Shown piece after piece: positions 51,501-51,609 of a DNA stretch of 51,609 nucleotides. Numbering within the stretch: position 1 is the stretch's first letter; every line of letters starts with the position of its first letter. Under the pieces are notes generated by a model that worked only from the letters and a program-made list of their open reading frames with translations, was not told the origin of the DNA and did not search any database. Source of the stretch: Macrostomum lignano (Eukaryota); the NCBI GenBank assembly GCA_002269645.1, contig NIVC01004289.1:1-51609 (forward strand). The letters run 5' to 3'. Made by a program: the position numbers and the translations under genes.

Positions 51501-51609
51501 GTTATTTTTTTTTTTTGAACAACACAGATGTCCAAATAAATCACAGAGGTCGAGAGATCAGGTCTCATTCATGCCTCAAAAGCTTTAGCAGCAAAGATCA
51601 GAGATCTTG

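Overview
Animal genomic DNA (spliced genes, poly-Q/A tracts, dense micro- and minisatellites). The style suggests an invertebrate such as the flatworm Macrostomum, which is inference only. Two host genes can be assembled with phase-consistent GT-AG introns: a 3-exon Nkx6 homeobox gene (11465-18201, +, 326 aa) and a 4-exon C2H2 zinc-finger gene with Ikaros/Hunchback-type N- and C-terminal fingers (34325-39387, +, 697 aa). Most of the rest is tandem repeats and mobile DNA: a near-intact mariner, hAT-type and P-like MITEs with 8-bp TSDs, a THAP remnant, a Mag-like gag, and an Ingi/Vingi-like LINE carrying a 2A-like peptide and a PHD finger. The most notable region is 41.2-51.5 kb. It holds a decayed Polinton/Maverick (adintovirus-like) endogenous virus with a PC4-like gene, minor capsid, basic core protein, major capsid, adenain protease, packaging ATPase and protein-primed PolB. 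This virus is interrupted by a CsRn1-type Gypsy element that retains its -1 frameshift signal, and it is bracketed by two fragments of a LOA-type LINE. All family assignments come from motif recognition by eye; no database search was run.
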